From the NCBI GenBank assembly GCA_963737635.1, contig CAVTTL010000001.1:192001-256000 (forward strand): 64,000 bases of DNA, given 5' to 3'. The notes below the pieces were generated by a model that saw only the letters and a list, made by a program, of their open reading frames with translations, did not search any database and was not told where the DNA came from. The stretch comes from an uncultured Methanoregulaceae archaeon. GTDB taxonomy: Archaea; Halobacteriota; Methanomicrobia; Methanomicrobiales; Methanospirillaceae. The number at the start of each line of letters is the position of its first letter. The first letter of the stretch is position 1. Both the position numbers and the translations under genes were made by a program. Shown here in pieces: positions 32,713-41,047 of this stretch.

Positions 32713-33106
32713 TCCTCCTTTTCGATACGCTCCGCTCGCCGGGCATGGGAATCACATAAGCCTCCATCTTCACGCCATCGAGCGTTTCGGGGCCCTGAAG
32801 ATCATAAGACGGGGATTATCATCAGAGTACCCTGAGGGAATACCACATGAGTATTCGCAGAGGGATCTTCCGAAATGTCTCCTTTTATATTCTCTGTCCA
32901 AACATTCCAACTGCCAGTTGGGATCTTTGGACAGGGAATTTTGAGCCCCTGCAGTATCCCCACAAGGATGGTACTACGATGTCGTATATACCAATTCTAG
33001 TCCATTCCTCTACCGGTTGCAGGATCGGTAGACGATTGAACCAGAACACTTAATTGGCAAATGTTGGAACCAGTTCACCGGCTCACGAATGTATTCGTGG
33101 GAGTGG

Positions 33107-33487
33107 TCATGCCGATTCGATCATTACGGTTCTCAGGCTGGCTGATGGTACCCGCTCAGATACCCTGAGAATTTCTACACCGACAAGGTTGTTCTGGTCA
33201 TCATAATCCAGGATTATGCCGGGTTTCACTTCTTCCGATTCATGGATACGGGTATCGGAAATACGCATATACAGCGCATCCGCCTCTTTGTCAACGGTCA
33301 CTTCCACTTCAACCGGCACCGGTTTTTTGAGGAGCCGGAGGGTTTCAATATACCCGGCTATCGCCTCTTCAACATTTTTCAGCGCCTCATCCCAGCGGTC
33401 ACCTTGGGAGACGCAGCCTTCCAGGGCGGGAACCGTCACGGTGTAACTCCCGTTCGTATTCCGGTCCATCAGTACGGTATAGCGCAT
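33107..33487 (-). CDS. HicB-like domain fused to DUF2283-like domain
   Basis: N-half YTVTVPALEGCVSQG....EAL.N..EAI; C-half DKEADALYMR......SEEV.PGIILDYD....LVGVEIL. Confidence 0.8.
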   Translation of the reverse strand: MRYTVLMDRNTNGSYTVTVPALEGCVSQGDRWDEALKNVEEAIAGYIETLRLLKKPVPVEVEVTVDKEADALYMRISDTRIHESEEVKPGIILDYDDQNNLVGVEILRVSERVPSASLRTVMIESA

Positions 33488-33577
33488 CCGCGTGTGTTTC
33501 GTACCTGCACCTCGCTTGTTTCAGATATTTTTTACGCGATTAAAGTATCTTCCGGTAAATTCTGATATCACTGGGAC

Positions 33578-33705
33578 AACGGGAGGTACAACCTCTGCAT
33601 AGATGAGCCTACGCGGCGAGGGGCGATAAGCCCCGGTGAGCGTCTTTTTAAAAATCTCCCCAATCTCCCGGATAACCTTCCCCACAACCTCCTCAAATGC
33701 CTCCC
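33578..33705. repeat. ~128 bp diverged duplicate of aroK 3' end and downstream DNA (partner 34451-34581)
   Basis: aacgggaggtacaacctctgcatagatgagcctacgc...gggcgataagccccggtgagcgtcttt...cccacaacctcctc(a/g)aatgcctccc in both places. Confidence 0.9.
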
Positions 33706-33745
33706 GTTCTCTCTTTCCACCGTACCCCGGATACCCCGGTTCAAA

Positions 33746-33767
33746 TGTTATATATAGTTATATAACA
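33746..33767. promoter_or_regulatory. Palindromic operator/TATA upstream of TA pair
   Basis: TGTTATATA-tagt-TATATAACA perfect 9 bp inverted repeat 12 bp before ATG 33779. Confidence 0.6.
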
Positions 33768-33778
33768 AAATCCCGGTA

Positions 33779-34051
33779 ATGATATCCGGAACCAAAACGG
33801 CCCATTCACCGCAGCTCGACACCGTACTGATGGTGGAATCATTCATAAAAGAGCACAGCGGGGAATACAAAAAGCGGGCCCTCTGGGAGAACCTTCCCAA
33901 AAAGATGATGTACCAGACCTATTCTGTGATCATCGGGTATCTCCTGGACTCCGGGAAGATTGCAGCCGATAAAGACGGGAAAATCTGCTGGATCTATAAT
34001 CCGGAACTTATAAAACGCTTGCTCGATACCAATGATCTGAAAATCCGATGA
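33779..34051 (+). CDS. Putative winged-helix antitoxin
   Basis: 90 aa, SPQLDTVLMVE..I...LWENLPKKMMYQT..II.YL.DSGKI; ATGA overlap with downstream gene. Confidence 0.7.
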   Translation: MISGTKTAHSPQLDTVLMVESFIKEHSGEYKKRALWENLPKKMMYQTYSVIIGYLLDSGKIAADKDGKICWIYNPELIKRLLDTNDLKIR

Positions 34052-34377
34052 GAGCCGCCGTTTTTTTCGCCGACAACCGGATCAAAGAATCTTTTCGTGC
34101 ACTCGCGTCTTCAACAGCAGAGGATGCAGATATCTATCGCGGCTTGAACGAAGCATTCGATGCGCTCGCCCTCGATGCATTCTGCGGGATCCAAGTCCCA
34201 AAACGCCTGATCCCCAAATCCTATATCGCCAGGTACGGGATCGATAATCTCTGGAAATATAATTTTCATAAAAACTGGCGGCTGATGTACTCGGTCGCCG
34301 GTGACGGGAAAATGGTCATTGCCCTGATCCTTGAATGGCTCCCCCACAAGGAATATGAGCGAAGGTTCGGGTATTGA
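34048..34377 (+). CDS. RelE/YoeB-like toxin
   Basis: GIQVPKRLIP..Y...YGIDNLWKYN...NWRLMYSV....ILEW..HKEYERRFGY. Confidence 0.7.
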   Translation: MRAAVFFADNRIKESFRALASSTAEDADIYRGLNEAFDALALDAFCGIQVPKRLIPKSYIARYGIDNLWKYNFHKNWRLMYSVAGDGKMVIALILEWLPHKEYERRFGY

Positions 34378-34522
34378 ACACGGGCAAAAGGGCCCTAAAG
34401 TACCTTGTCGCCACGTACCCGGGGGAGTCTCATCCAATGGGTCCCAAGGTAACGGGAGGTACAACCTCTGCATAGATGAGCCTACGCTGGCTGTGGGGCG
34501 ATAAGCCCCGGTGAGCGTCTTT

Positions 34523-35026
34523 CTAAAAAATCCTCCCAATCTCCCCGATAACCTTTCCCACAACCTCCTCGAATGCCTCCCCTTCACCATCGACCGTAAT
34601 ATCGGCATACTTCTCATACAACGGGACCCTCTGCCGGTACATCTCGGAAAGGCTCTGGCCCGGAACAAGGACAATACCCCGGGTCGTGATGTTGTTGAGC
34701 CGGTTCACCATCTCCTCACACGGGATCTTCAGGTACACGACGACACCCTCCTGTTCCAGGTGTGCCATCGCTTTGTGGGAAAAAACCACGCTGCCCCCGG
34801 TGGCAATCACGGCATTGCGGCAGTTGAGGGACAAGATGGTCTCTTCCTCCATCGCAAGGAACGCAGCCGGCCCCTCCGTGTCGATCATCTCCTGCAGGAG
34901 CCGCCCGGCACGTTCCTGTATCAGGATATCGGTATCGACAAACGCCATCCCGAGCGTCTTTGCAAGGATAACACCCACGGTGCTCTTCCCTGCGCCGGGC
35001 ATACCGATGAGAACAATGTTTTTCAT
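34523..35026 (-). CDS. aroK: Shikimate kinase, bacterial AroK type
   Basis: MKNIVLIGMPGAGKST, FVDTD, VIATGGS, R.PLY.KYAD. Confidence 0.9.
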   Translation of the reverse strand: MKNIVLIGMPGAGKSTVGVILAKTLGMAFVDTDILIQERAGRLLQEMIDTEGPAAFLAMEEETILSLNCRNAVIATGGSVVFSHKAMAHLEQEGVVVYLKIPCEEMVNRLNNITTRGIVLVPGQSLSEMYRQRVPLYEKYADITVDGEGEAFEEVVGKVIGEIGRIF

Positions 35027-35668
35027 AGGGGTGTACCGCCTCCCGGTCCTCACGTCGCCACGCCTACGTTCATCCCCCGGCCCACCCCGGTACTTGTCCT
35101 CAAGGGCCATCTCCTTGGGCAGGTACTCATTCTGGTACACCGTATTCAGGGTGTTCCACGTCGTATAATCCGGAGTATAGACCGTCGTGTAATAACTCTG
35201 GTATGCACTGTACGCCTGGTTGTACATCTGTACATCGGAGGGATAGTCCGACGAATCGCCATTCGAAAGATCGGCCTGCACCTTATTTTTCCAGAGGGTT
35301 ACCGTCGCTGCGAGCGTATTGAGCTGCTGTATCGATGCGTTCAGCACAAGAGCGGCTGTTATCACCTGGCCCCCTTCAGTATACACTTCGAGGGGAATAA
35401 ACCCCTGGTTCCCGTCCAGCGTATAGTAGTATATTTTATTGATTTGCCCCTGTGATTCGAGGTCCGGGGTAGGGGAAGGAACAGCGGTAAGGGACGGAAC
35501 AATAGTCAGTGTCGGGGAGACAAGGGTCGTGGTGCTTTCACCGGAGACCGGAGAAGCATTGGCCGGCGTGGCGTTTGGGGTATGAGACCCTGTGGAAGGG
35601 GAACTGACGCATCCCCCGGCAAGGAGAAACAAGAGAGCAATGGTGAAGAAAAGAGCGGGGATCTTCAT
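35027..35668 (-). CDS. Lipoprotein-like secreted protein fragment, in frame with aroK (no intervening stop)
   Basis: MKIPALFFTIALLFLLAGGC signal peptide, Ser/Thr/Pro linker, Tyr-rich helical segment. Confidence 0.5.
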
Positions 35669-35991
35669 CAGAAGAGTGGAGTATTTTTGCGGGGATAAAG
35701 ATGCTGGAGGTTCTGTCCCCGGCATGGTCCTGTATCCGACAATGTATACATTTTTTACTCAATTGGATACATTGTGTACTCATGCTCGAAGCGCTCATCC
35801 CCTCAAAGACCCGGGTGACAAGAAGGGTTATCACGAAGGGAATTTTCGGGCTGCTCCCAGAGTGGAAGATCGATACGCAGAAACGTAAGGACGAACTGCG
35901 CGATTGACAATGGCCTCTTTTTTTGCGGATTCATACGCTGTCATTCGAGATCCTCCAAAGGGAATGAAAATGTACCCCCACCTACAGGTTC

Positions 35992-36029
35992 ATTTACTTT
36001 AAACTTTAAGTAAATAACAAAGTAAATAA
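35992..36029. promoter_or_regulatory. Putative operator upstream of HTH-antitoxin-MazF operon
   Basis: ATTTACTT (35992) / AAGTAAAT (36008) inverted repeat plus direct repeat AAGTAAATAA at 36008 and 36020. Confidence 0.5.
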
Positions 36030-36050
36030 TCAAACGGAGAGAACGAAAAA

Positions 36051-36377
36051 ATGCCGGATGATATCCTCTCCATCTTAAACGAGTCTGAAGCGCTCAATGC
36101 AAAAGTCTTCTCGCTTGTCAGGATGAAACTGCTCGCAAGCCTGGCCGCACTTGGTGCCGATGGGGCAACCTACCGGGAACTTAAGGCAGCGCTCAGCATC
36201 AATGACGGCGTACTGTTTGCAAACCTCAATGTCCTCAAAGACATGGGCTATCTTACGTCAGAGAAGATCATCTCTGACGGAAAAGAACTTGAACTGTATA
36301 CCATCACACCGGAAGGTCAGGACGAATGGGAGAGGATTACGTCCTGGTTACGCAGGTTCCTTGACTGTGGAGCATGA
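36051..36377 (+). CDS. Winged-helix (ArsR/MarR-like) transcriptional regulator
   Basis: VRMKLLASL...ATYRELKAALSINDGVLFANL.VL...GY....Y.IT.EG. Confidence 0.85.
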   Translation: MPDDILSILNESEALNAKVFSLVRMKLLASLAALGADGATYRELKAALSINDGVLFANLNVLKDMGYLTSEKIISDGKELELYTITPEGQDEWERITSWLRRFLDCGA

Positions 36378-36910
36378 ATATGGAAAAACACAAAAAAGTA
36401 ATTGCGTTCTTTAAGGAACTGGGCTTTGAGTTCACTCTATCACGGTTCGACGACCGGCTCATTGCCCAGAAACTTGTCTGCCTTTTGGAGCTCAGAGGCA
36501 TTAGTCTCGGATATCCCTGCAGCATTTACGTACGGGGACCGTATTCCCCGCACCTTGCAGAAGATCTGTTCACCTTCAAAAACGAGTTCGAGAAGAGGGA
36601 AACCACGAGCCACCTCAGCTCAACAGAGAAAGAGACCGCAGGTGACCTCGGCAGGATCTTCGGGCTCAAACCCGTCCCGCTCGAAATCGGCGCAACCTAC
36701 GGGTATTATACAATACGGCAGGACTTTGATCCCCTCCAAGCACTCCGGCAGGTCAAACGACTCAAGCCATTCTATTCAGAGGCCCAGATTGCCCTTGGTA
36801 TCTCCAAAGCAAAAGAGTTCCTCTTCAGGCCAACGCCCGGCGACCTCGAAGAACTGAAAAAGGAGACGGGAATCTGGCAGAGGGCTTCATTGAAAACAGT
36901 GGAGCACTGA
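36374..36910 (+). CDS. SocA/Panacea- or YwgA-like putative antitoxin
   Basis: RLIAQKLV.LL...G..L.Y...Y.RGPYS..L..DL motif; ATGA overlap. Confidence 0.6.
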   Translation: MNMEKHKKVIAFFKELGFEFTLSRFDDRLIAQKLVCLLELRGISLGYPCSIYVRGPYSPHLAEDLFTFKNEFEKRETTSHLSSTEKETAGDLGRIFGLKPVPLEIGATYGYYTIRQDFDPLQALRQVKRLKPFYSEAQIALGISKAKEFLFRPTPGDLEELKKETGIWQRASLKTVEH

Positions 36911-36913
36911 TCA

Positions 36914-37240
36914 ATGAAGAACGGCGATATCTGGCTGGTGGATCTCTCTGATGCAAAAGGACATGAACAGCGAGGTATGCGCCCGGCAATTGTTGTGGGT
37001 GGTGCCAATGGCCTCACCCTCGTCGTCCCATTGACCAGCAGCATGAGCAGTGCCAGGTTCTCGCACACGTACATCATTTCACCAAGCCCACACAACGGCC
37101 TCGATGTCGAAAGCATTGCACTCGTATTCCAGATCGTTTCTCTGGACAGGGACCGGTTCGAGCACCGGATCGGTGCCATCGGTGAACAGCACAGGCTTGC
37201 GATCGTTGCTCTTATCCGTGACCTTATGGAACTGGATTAA
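36914..37240 (+). CDS. mazF: PemK/MazF-family toxin
   Basis: GDIWLVDL...KGHEQRGMRPAIVV...VVPLTS...NGL...S..L..QI..LD..R. Confidence 0.9.
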   Translation: MKNGDIWLVDLSDAKGHEQRGMRPAIVVGGANGLTLVVPLTSSMSSARFSHTYIISPSPHNGLDVESIALVFQIVSLDRDRFEHRIGAIGEQHRLAIVALIRDLMELD

Positions 37241-37277
37241 CCGGTACCCCCGGAAAGCATTTTCAAAACAGAACGAC

Positions 37278-37394
37278 GCCAAGGTTGGAGTTCGAATCCG
37301 AGTCGATCCCGTGAAAGCAATCATGATAGGCGGCTGCACTACCTGGACATACAGTATGTTCCACCTCCTGGATTCGGACCGGGGACATCGCGGT
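37278..37394 (-). pseudogene. Degenerate duplicate of tRNA-Asp plus the 3' half of tRNA-Tyr
   Basis: ttcgaatccgagtcgat, caatcatgataggc, cactacctgg, atacagta, ggattcggaccggggacatcgcggt colinear with 40701-40823; anticodon arm disrupted. Confidence 0.85.
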
Positions 37395-37432
37395 TCTGCA
37401 TCCAAAGGAAGCGTTAAAAAAGGAAATGCCAG

Positions 37433-37630
37433 TTACGTATGAAAGCAGGGCGTTGAAATGGTTGAACGGTTCTTGCACTGCCGGGATGAGGAATCCCGGG
37501 ATGCCTTGAAAAACTCCCCTGCTGTTCTGTTGATAATTTCATTGTCTGCATAACACGTGGGACAGGTCCACCGGATGATATATCCGGAGGGTGTTCCCAA
37601 AACTACCGATTTGAATAATTGTTTAGCCAT
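37433..37630 (-). CDS. Small zinc-ribbon-like protein
   Basis: WTCPTC plus a degenerate second Cys pair. Confidence 0.5.
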   Translation of the reverse strand: MAKQLFKSVVLGTPSGYIIRWTCPTCYADNEIINRTAGEFFKASRDSSSRQCKNRSTISTPCFHT

Positions 37631-37900
37631 GGTTTACTCATTGATATGCTGAAATCAGCCGGGAGCCGGAAGATACCGGTCTCTGGTTTTTAATCGATCG
37701 ATACTACAAAAAGGGTTTCATTGAGGAGGTCATGGATCGCTGGTATCATCAGGAACGGGCGCGATCGAATGTATGCCCAAAACCGTTTGTGTACATAAGA
37801 ATAGGTTGTCCGAGCGTATAGCATGATGTGTGGGAACAAGTTCGTTCCGGGAACAATGGGCCCGCATTACCGCGAAAGCCAATCAAAAAAAAGGGGGGGG

Positions 37901-39545
37901 TTAATACTCTCCCATTCCCGGGGGCATTTGGCCCATCCCACCGGGTGGCATCCCGCCTTGCGGGGCCGATGCTTTTGACGAGGAGATGACATCATCGATG
38001 CGCAGGATCATGACTGCTGCCTCGGCTGCGCTCGTGATCGCCTGGGTCTTGACCCTCAACGGCTCAACGACGCCGGCTTTGAGCATGTCGACGGGTTTTC
38101 CCGCGTAGACGTCAAGCCCGAAGGTCCGGTGCCCGGCTTCATGTGCAGCCCGGATCGCAACCAGCATATCGATAGAATCAAGGCCGGCATTCTCGGCAAG
38201 GGCACGGGGGATCACATCCATTGCTGCGGCAAATGCCTCAACGGCAAGCTGGTTGCGGCCCCCGAGGGTCGATCCATACTGCCGCAACTGGAGCGAAAGT
38301 TCGGTCTCGGGCGCCCCGCCCCCTGCAACGATTTTCTTGTCCTTGACGACAACACTGACTACCATGAGTGCGTCATGGAGGGCACGCTCGATCTCGTCGA
38401 TGATATGATCGGACCCGCCCCGGATAATGATGGAGACCGCTTTTGGGTTTTTGCATTTCGAGACGGTAATCATCTCTTCCCCTGAGAAACTTCTTCTCCT
38501 CGACGAGGCCGGCGGTCCCGAGATCGGCGGGGGAAATGGCGTCGATGCTGTTGACAAGCGCTGCACCGGTAGCGCGGGCAAGGTTCTCCATGTCGCTCTT
38601 TTTTACCCGGCGCACGGCAAGAATGCCGGCTTTTGCAAGATAATGCTGGGCGACATCGTCAATGCCTTTCTGGCAGAACATCACGTTCGCACCGCTTGCG
38701 ATGACCTTGTCTGCAAGAGCGTGCACCATCTGTGCTTCCTCGTCAAGGAAAGCCTGTAACTGCTCGGGGCGGGAGATTTTGATCTCGGCGCTGACTTCGG
38801 TCTTCTTGAACTCGAGTGCTGCGTTGAGAAGAAGGATCTTCGCGTCCTTTACCACTTTTGGCATGCCGGGGTTTGCCCGCTCCTTGTCAAGGACCATACC
38901 TTCGATGAGAACGGTATCTTCTACGGCGCCCCCGACCTTCTTTTGCACGTTTATGTGTTTGATGTCGACCGTGCCGTCGGGGTCGGCGATCGATGTGACC
39001 GCTTGTACGACCATCGCACAGAGCAGTTTCTTGTAGGCCTCTGCACCTTTACCGCTGATCGCTGTCTCCGCGACTTTTTCAAGCGTCGCCGTATCGGTGG
39101 GTTTTACCGCAACGGAGATGCTCTCAAGGATCGCCAGTGACTTGGCAGCCGCCTGCTGGTACCCTTCCGCAATGACGGTCGGGTGGACACGCGACTGGAG
39201 CAGTTCCTCTGCCTGCTTTAAGAGTTCACCGGCGATTACGACAGCCGATGTGGTGCCGTCGCCTACTTCGTCGTCCTGGGTCTTTGCAATCTCGACCATC
39301 ATCTTTGCGGCAGGATGTTCGATGTCCATCTGTTTGAGGATGGTTGCGCCATCGTTCGTGATGACGATATCGCCCATTGAGTCGATGAGCATCTTGTCCA
39401 TGCCTTTTGGCCCGAGCGTCGACCGGACCGCGGTTGCCACTGCCTTTGCTGCGGCAATGTTATTCTCCTGGGCTTCCTGCCCGCGATTCCGTGTCGTTCC
39501 CTGCCTGAGAATGATAATGGGCTGTCCGCCAAGCTGTTGTGACAT
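37901..39545 (-). CDS. Thermosome (group II chaperonin) subunit, frameshift near 38485
   Basis: [40 protein letters not shown] tail across ORFs 38373..39557 and 37901..38581. Confidence 0.95.
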
Positions 39546-39780
39546 TTCAAACCTCACTTTTTTTTATTCGTTTGTGGTATGTTCCGGCAAAGCCGTTTGT
39601 ACTCCCGGTATGCTACCACCGGGTGCTGGAGATTCGTGACAGGAGATGTACCATCTCTCTCTATCACCCTGTGTTCGTAGGGACGTCGCCGGCCCGGCCG
39701 GTGACACCTTTTCCTCTTGTGACTGGCAAGACTTGCTTCGTGGCCTCATATGTCTATCTGTAGTCCGGGTTTTTCATCCC

Positions 39781-39885
39781 CCGGCATGTGCCTGTATCAG
39801 GATATCGGTATCGACACAATGCTGCCCCCATGGTGCTTTTCCCTGCGCCAGGCATACGATACGAATACTGTTTTTCACGGGGGTG
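39781..39885 (-). pseudogene. Decayed remnant of aroK 5' end
   Basis: cctgtatcaggatatcggtatcgaca and ggtgct(t/c)ttccctgcgcc(a/g)ggcatac...tgtttttca match 34905-35033 with an internal deletion. Confidence 0.8.
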
Positions 39886-39890
39886 CGCAG

Positions 39891-40598
39891 TCACTCTCTT
39901 TTTCTGGCGTTAAACACGGCCAAAAGGACCACCCCCATAAAAACCGCAATAACCGGTACTATCACGGGAACGGGAGTGCCCTGCCCGGCTGGAGAGGGTG
40001 TGTTTCCTGAGCCTGTGCCCATTGGTGATGACGATTGCACCCCGGCAGGGGTTGTGGATGTCGGGGTGACGTTGTTCTCCGGCGGAACGATACCAAAAGT
40101 CTGTTGGGCTGCTACAGAAGGCCCAAGGGGGGTTGAAGATTCAACATTCGCCACGTATTCACCGGAGTACACCCTCGCAAACACGGGTGCCGGATGATAC
40201 GAGGGAGATTCGTTATATCTCTCCCATTGGGAGGGGATAATTGCCGCAGACCAGGTACCGATCCCATTTTCCCCGGGCTGGATGGATGCGTTTGTCCTAT
40301 AAAACGATGAACCAAAGCCCCCGGGGTTAAAACCGGACCACTCGATATCCAGGATAAGAGACTTCTCCCAGGTACCCAGGTTCGTTGTCCCGTTCACAAA
40401 AAACACTTCGCCGACCGCATGGTCCCCGATGGGATCGATCGTAATAAACGGTATTCCCGGAGAGGTCGTGGGGATCGGGTTCAGGGTGACATGGCTCGCA
40501 CCAATAGTGACAGATCCGGCAGGCGCCGCTGGCACCACCAGGAGGGCTGCGGCGAACAGGAAGGTAAGAAAGAGTATCTCTGACTTCATGTCATTCAT
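39891..40598 (-). CDS. Secreted hypothetical protein with C-terminal anchor (paralog of 30757..31386)
   Basis: Signal peptide, shared PFITIDPIG motif, TM plus RKRE tail. Confidence 0.75.
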   Translation of the reverse strand: MNDMKSEILFLTFLFAAALLVVPAAPAGSVTIGASHVTLNPIPTTSPGIPFITIDPIGDHAVGEVFFVNGTTNLGTWEKSLILDIEWSGFNPGGFGSSFYRTNASIQPGENGIGTWSAAIIPSQWERYNESPSYHPAPVFARVYSGEYVANVESSTPLGPSVAAQQTFGIVPPENNVTPTSTTPAGVQSSSPMGTGSGNTPSPAGQGTPVPVIVPVIAVFMGVVLLAVFNARKRE

Positions 40599-40699
40599 GG
40601 TTTTCTTTCATTCGATCTGATATATTTTTTTGATCGTCTTTAAAGAGGAGAACCTCTTCGGAATCGATTTTTTTTCAAATAGATAAAAAAAAGAGCGAG

Positions 40700-40772
40700 C
40701 GCCCAGGTCGGAATTCGAATCCGAGTCGATTGCGTGACAGGCAATCATGATAGGCCGCTACACTACCTGGGC
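40700..40772 (-). tRNA. tRNA-Asp(GTC)
   Basis: GCCCAGG acceptor stem, anticodon GTC in ATTGC-ctGTCac-GCAAT, TTCGAAT T-loop. Confidence 0.95.
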
Positions 40773-40787
40773 ATGTGATACAGTAGA

Positions 40788-40893
40788 TCCCGCCTCCCGG
40801 ATTCGGACCGGGGACATCGCGGTAGCCGCGCAGTTGCCGATACCGGCAAACCATACTACAGCCGCGCACTCTACCAGGCTGAGTTAAGGCGGG
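40788..40893 (-). tRNA. tRNA-Tyr(GTA) with 32 nt intron at 37/38
   Basis: CCCGCCT/AGGCGGG acceptor stem, CGCGG-CT-GTA-G then intron TATGG...GCGGCT; T-loop reads TCCGAAT. Confidence 0.9.
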
Positions 40894-41047
40894 GCACTGC
40901 CTAATAATGTAGGGACAGTTTCGTATTAAACGTATCGTACGTTTATCCGTTTCTCTGGCGGCCAAACCGAAGAAAAACAGAAATCTGGTGCAGGGATTCT
41001 TTAAATAATCCGGGTGCTTACAAGAATAACCATGACTCGCAAGGATT

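Noticed and set aside
34511-35455. 314 aa plus-strand ORF
   Set aside because: Antisense to aroK; no motifs
37278-37350. Functional extra tRNA
   Set aside because: Acceptor and anticodon stems are disrupted by substitutions and deletions relative to the 40700-40772 copy
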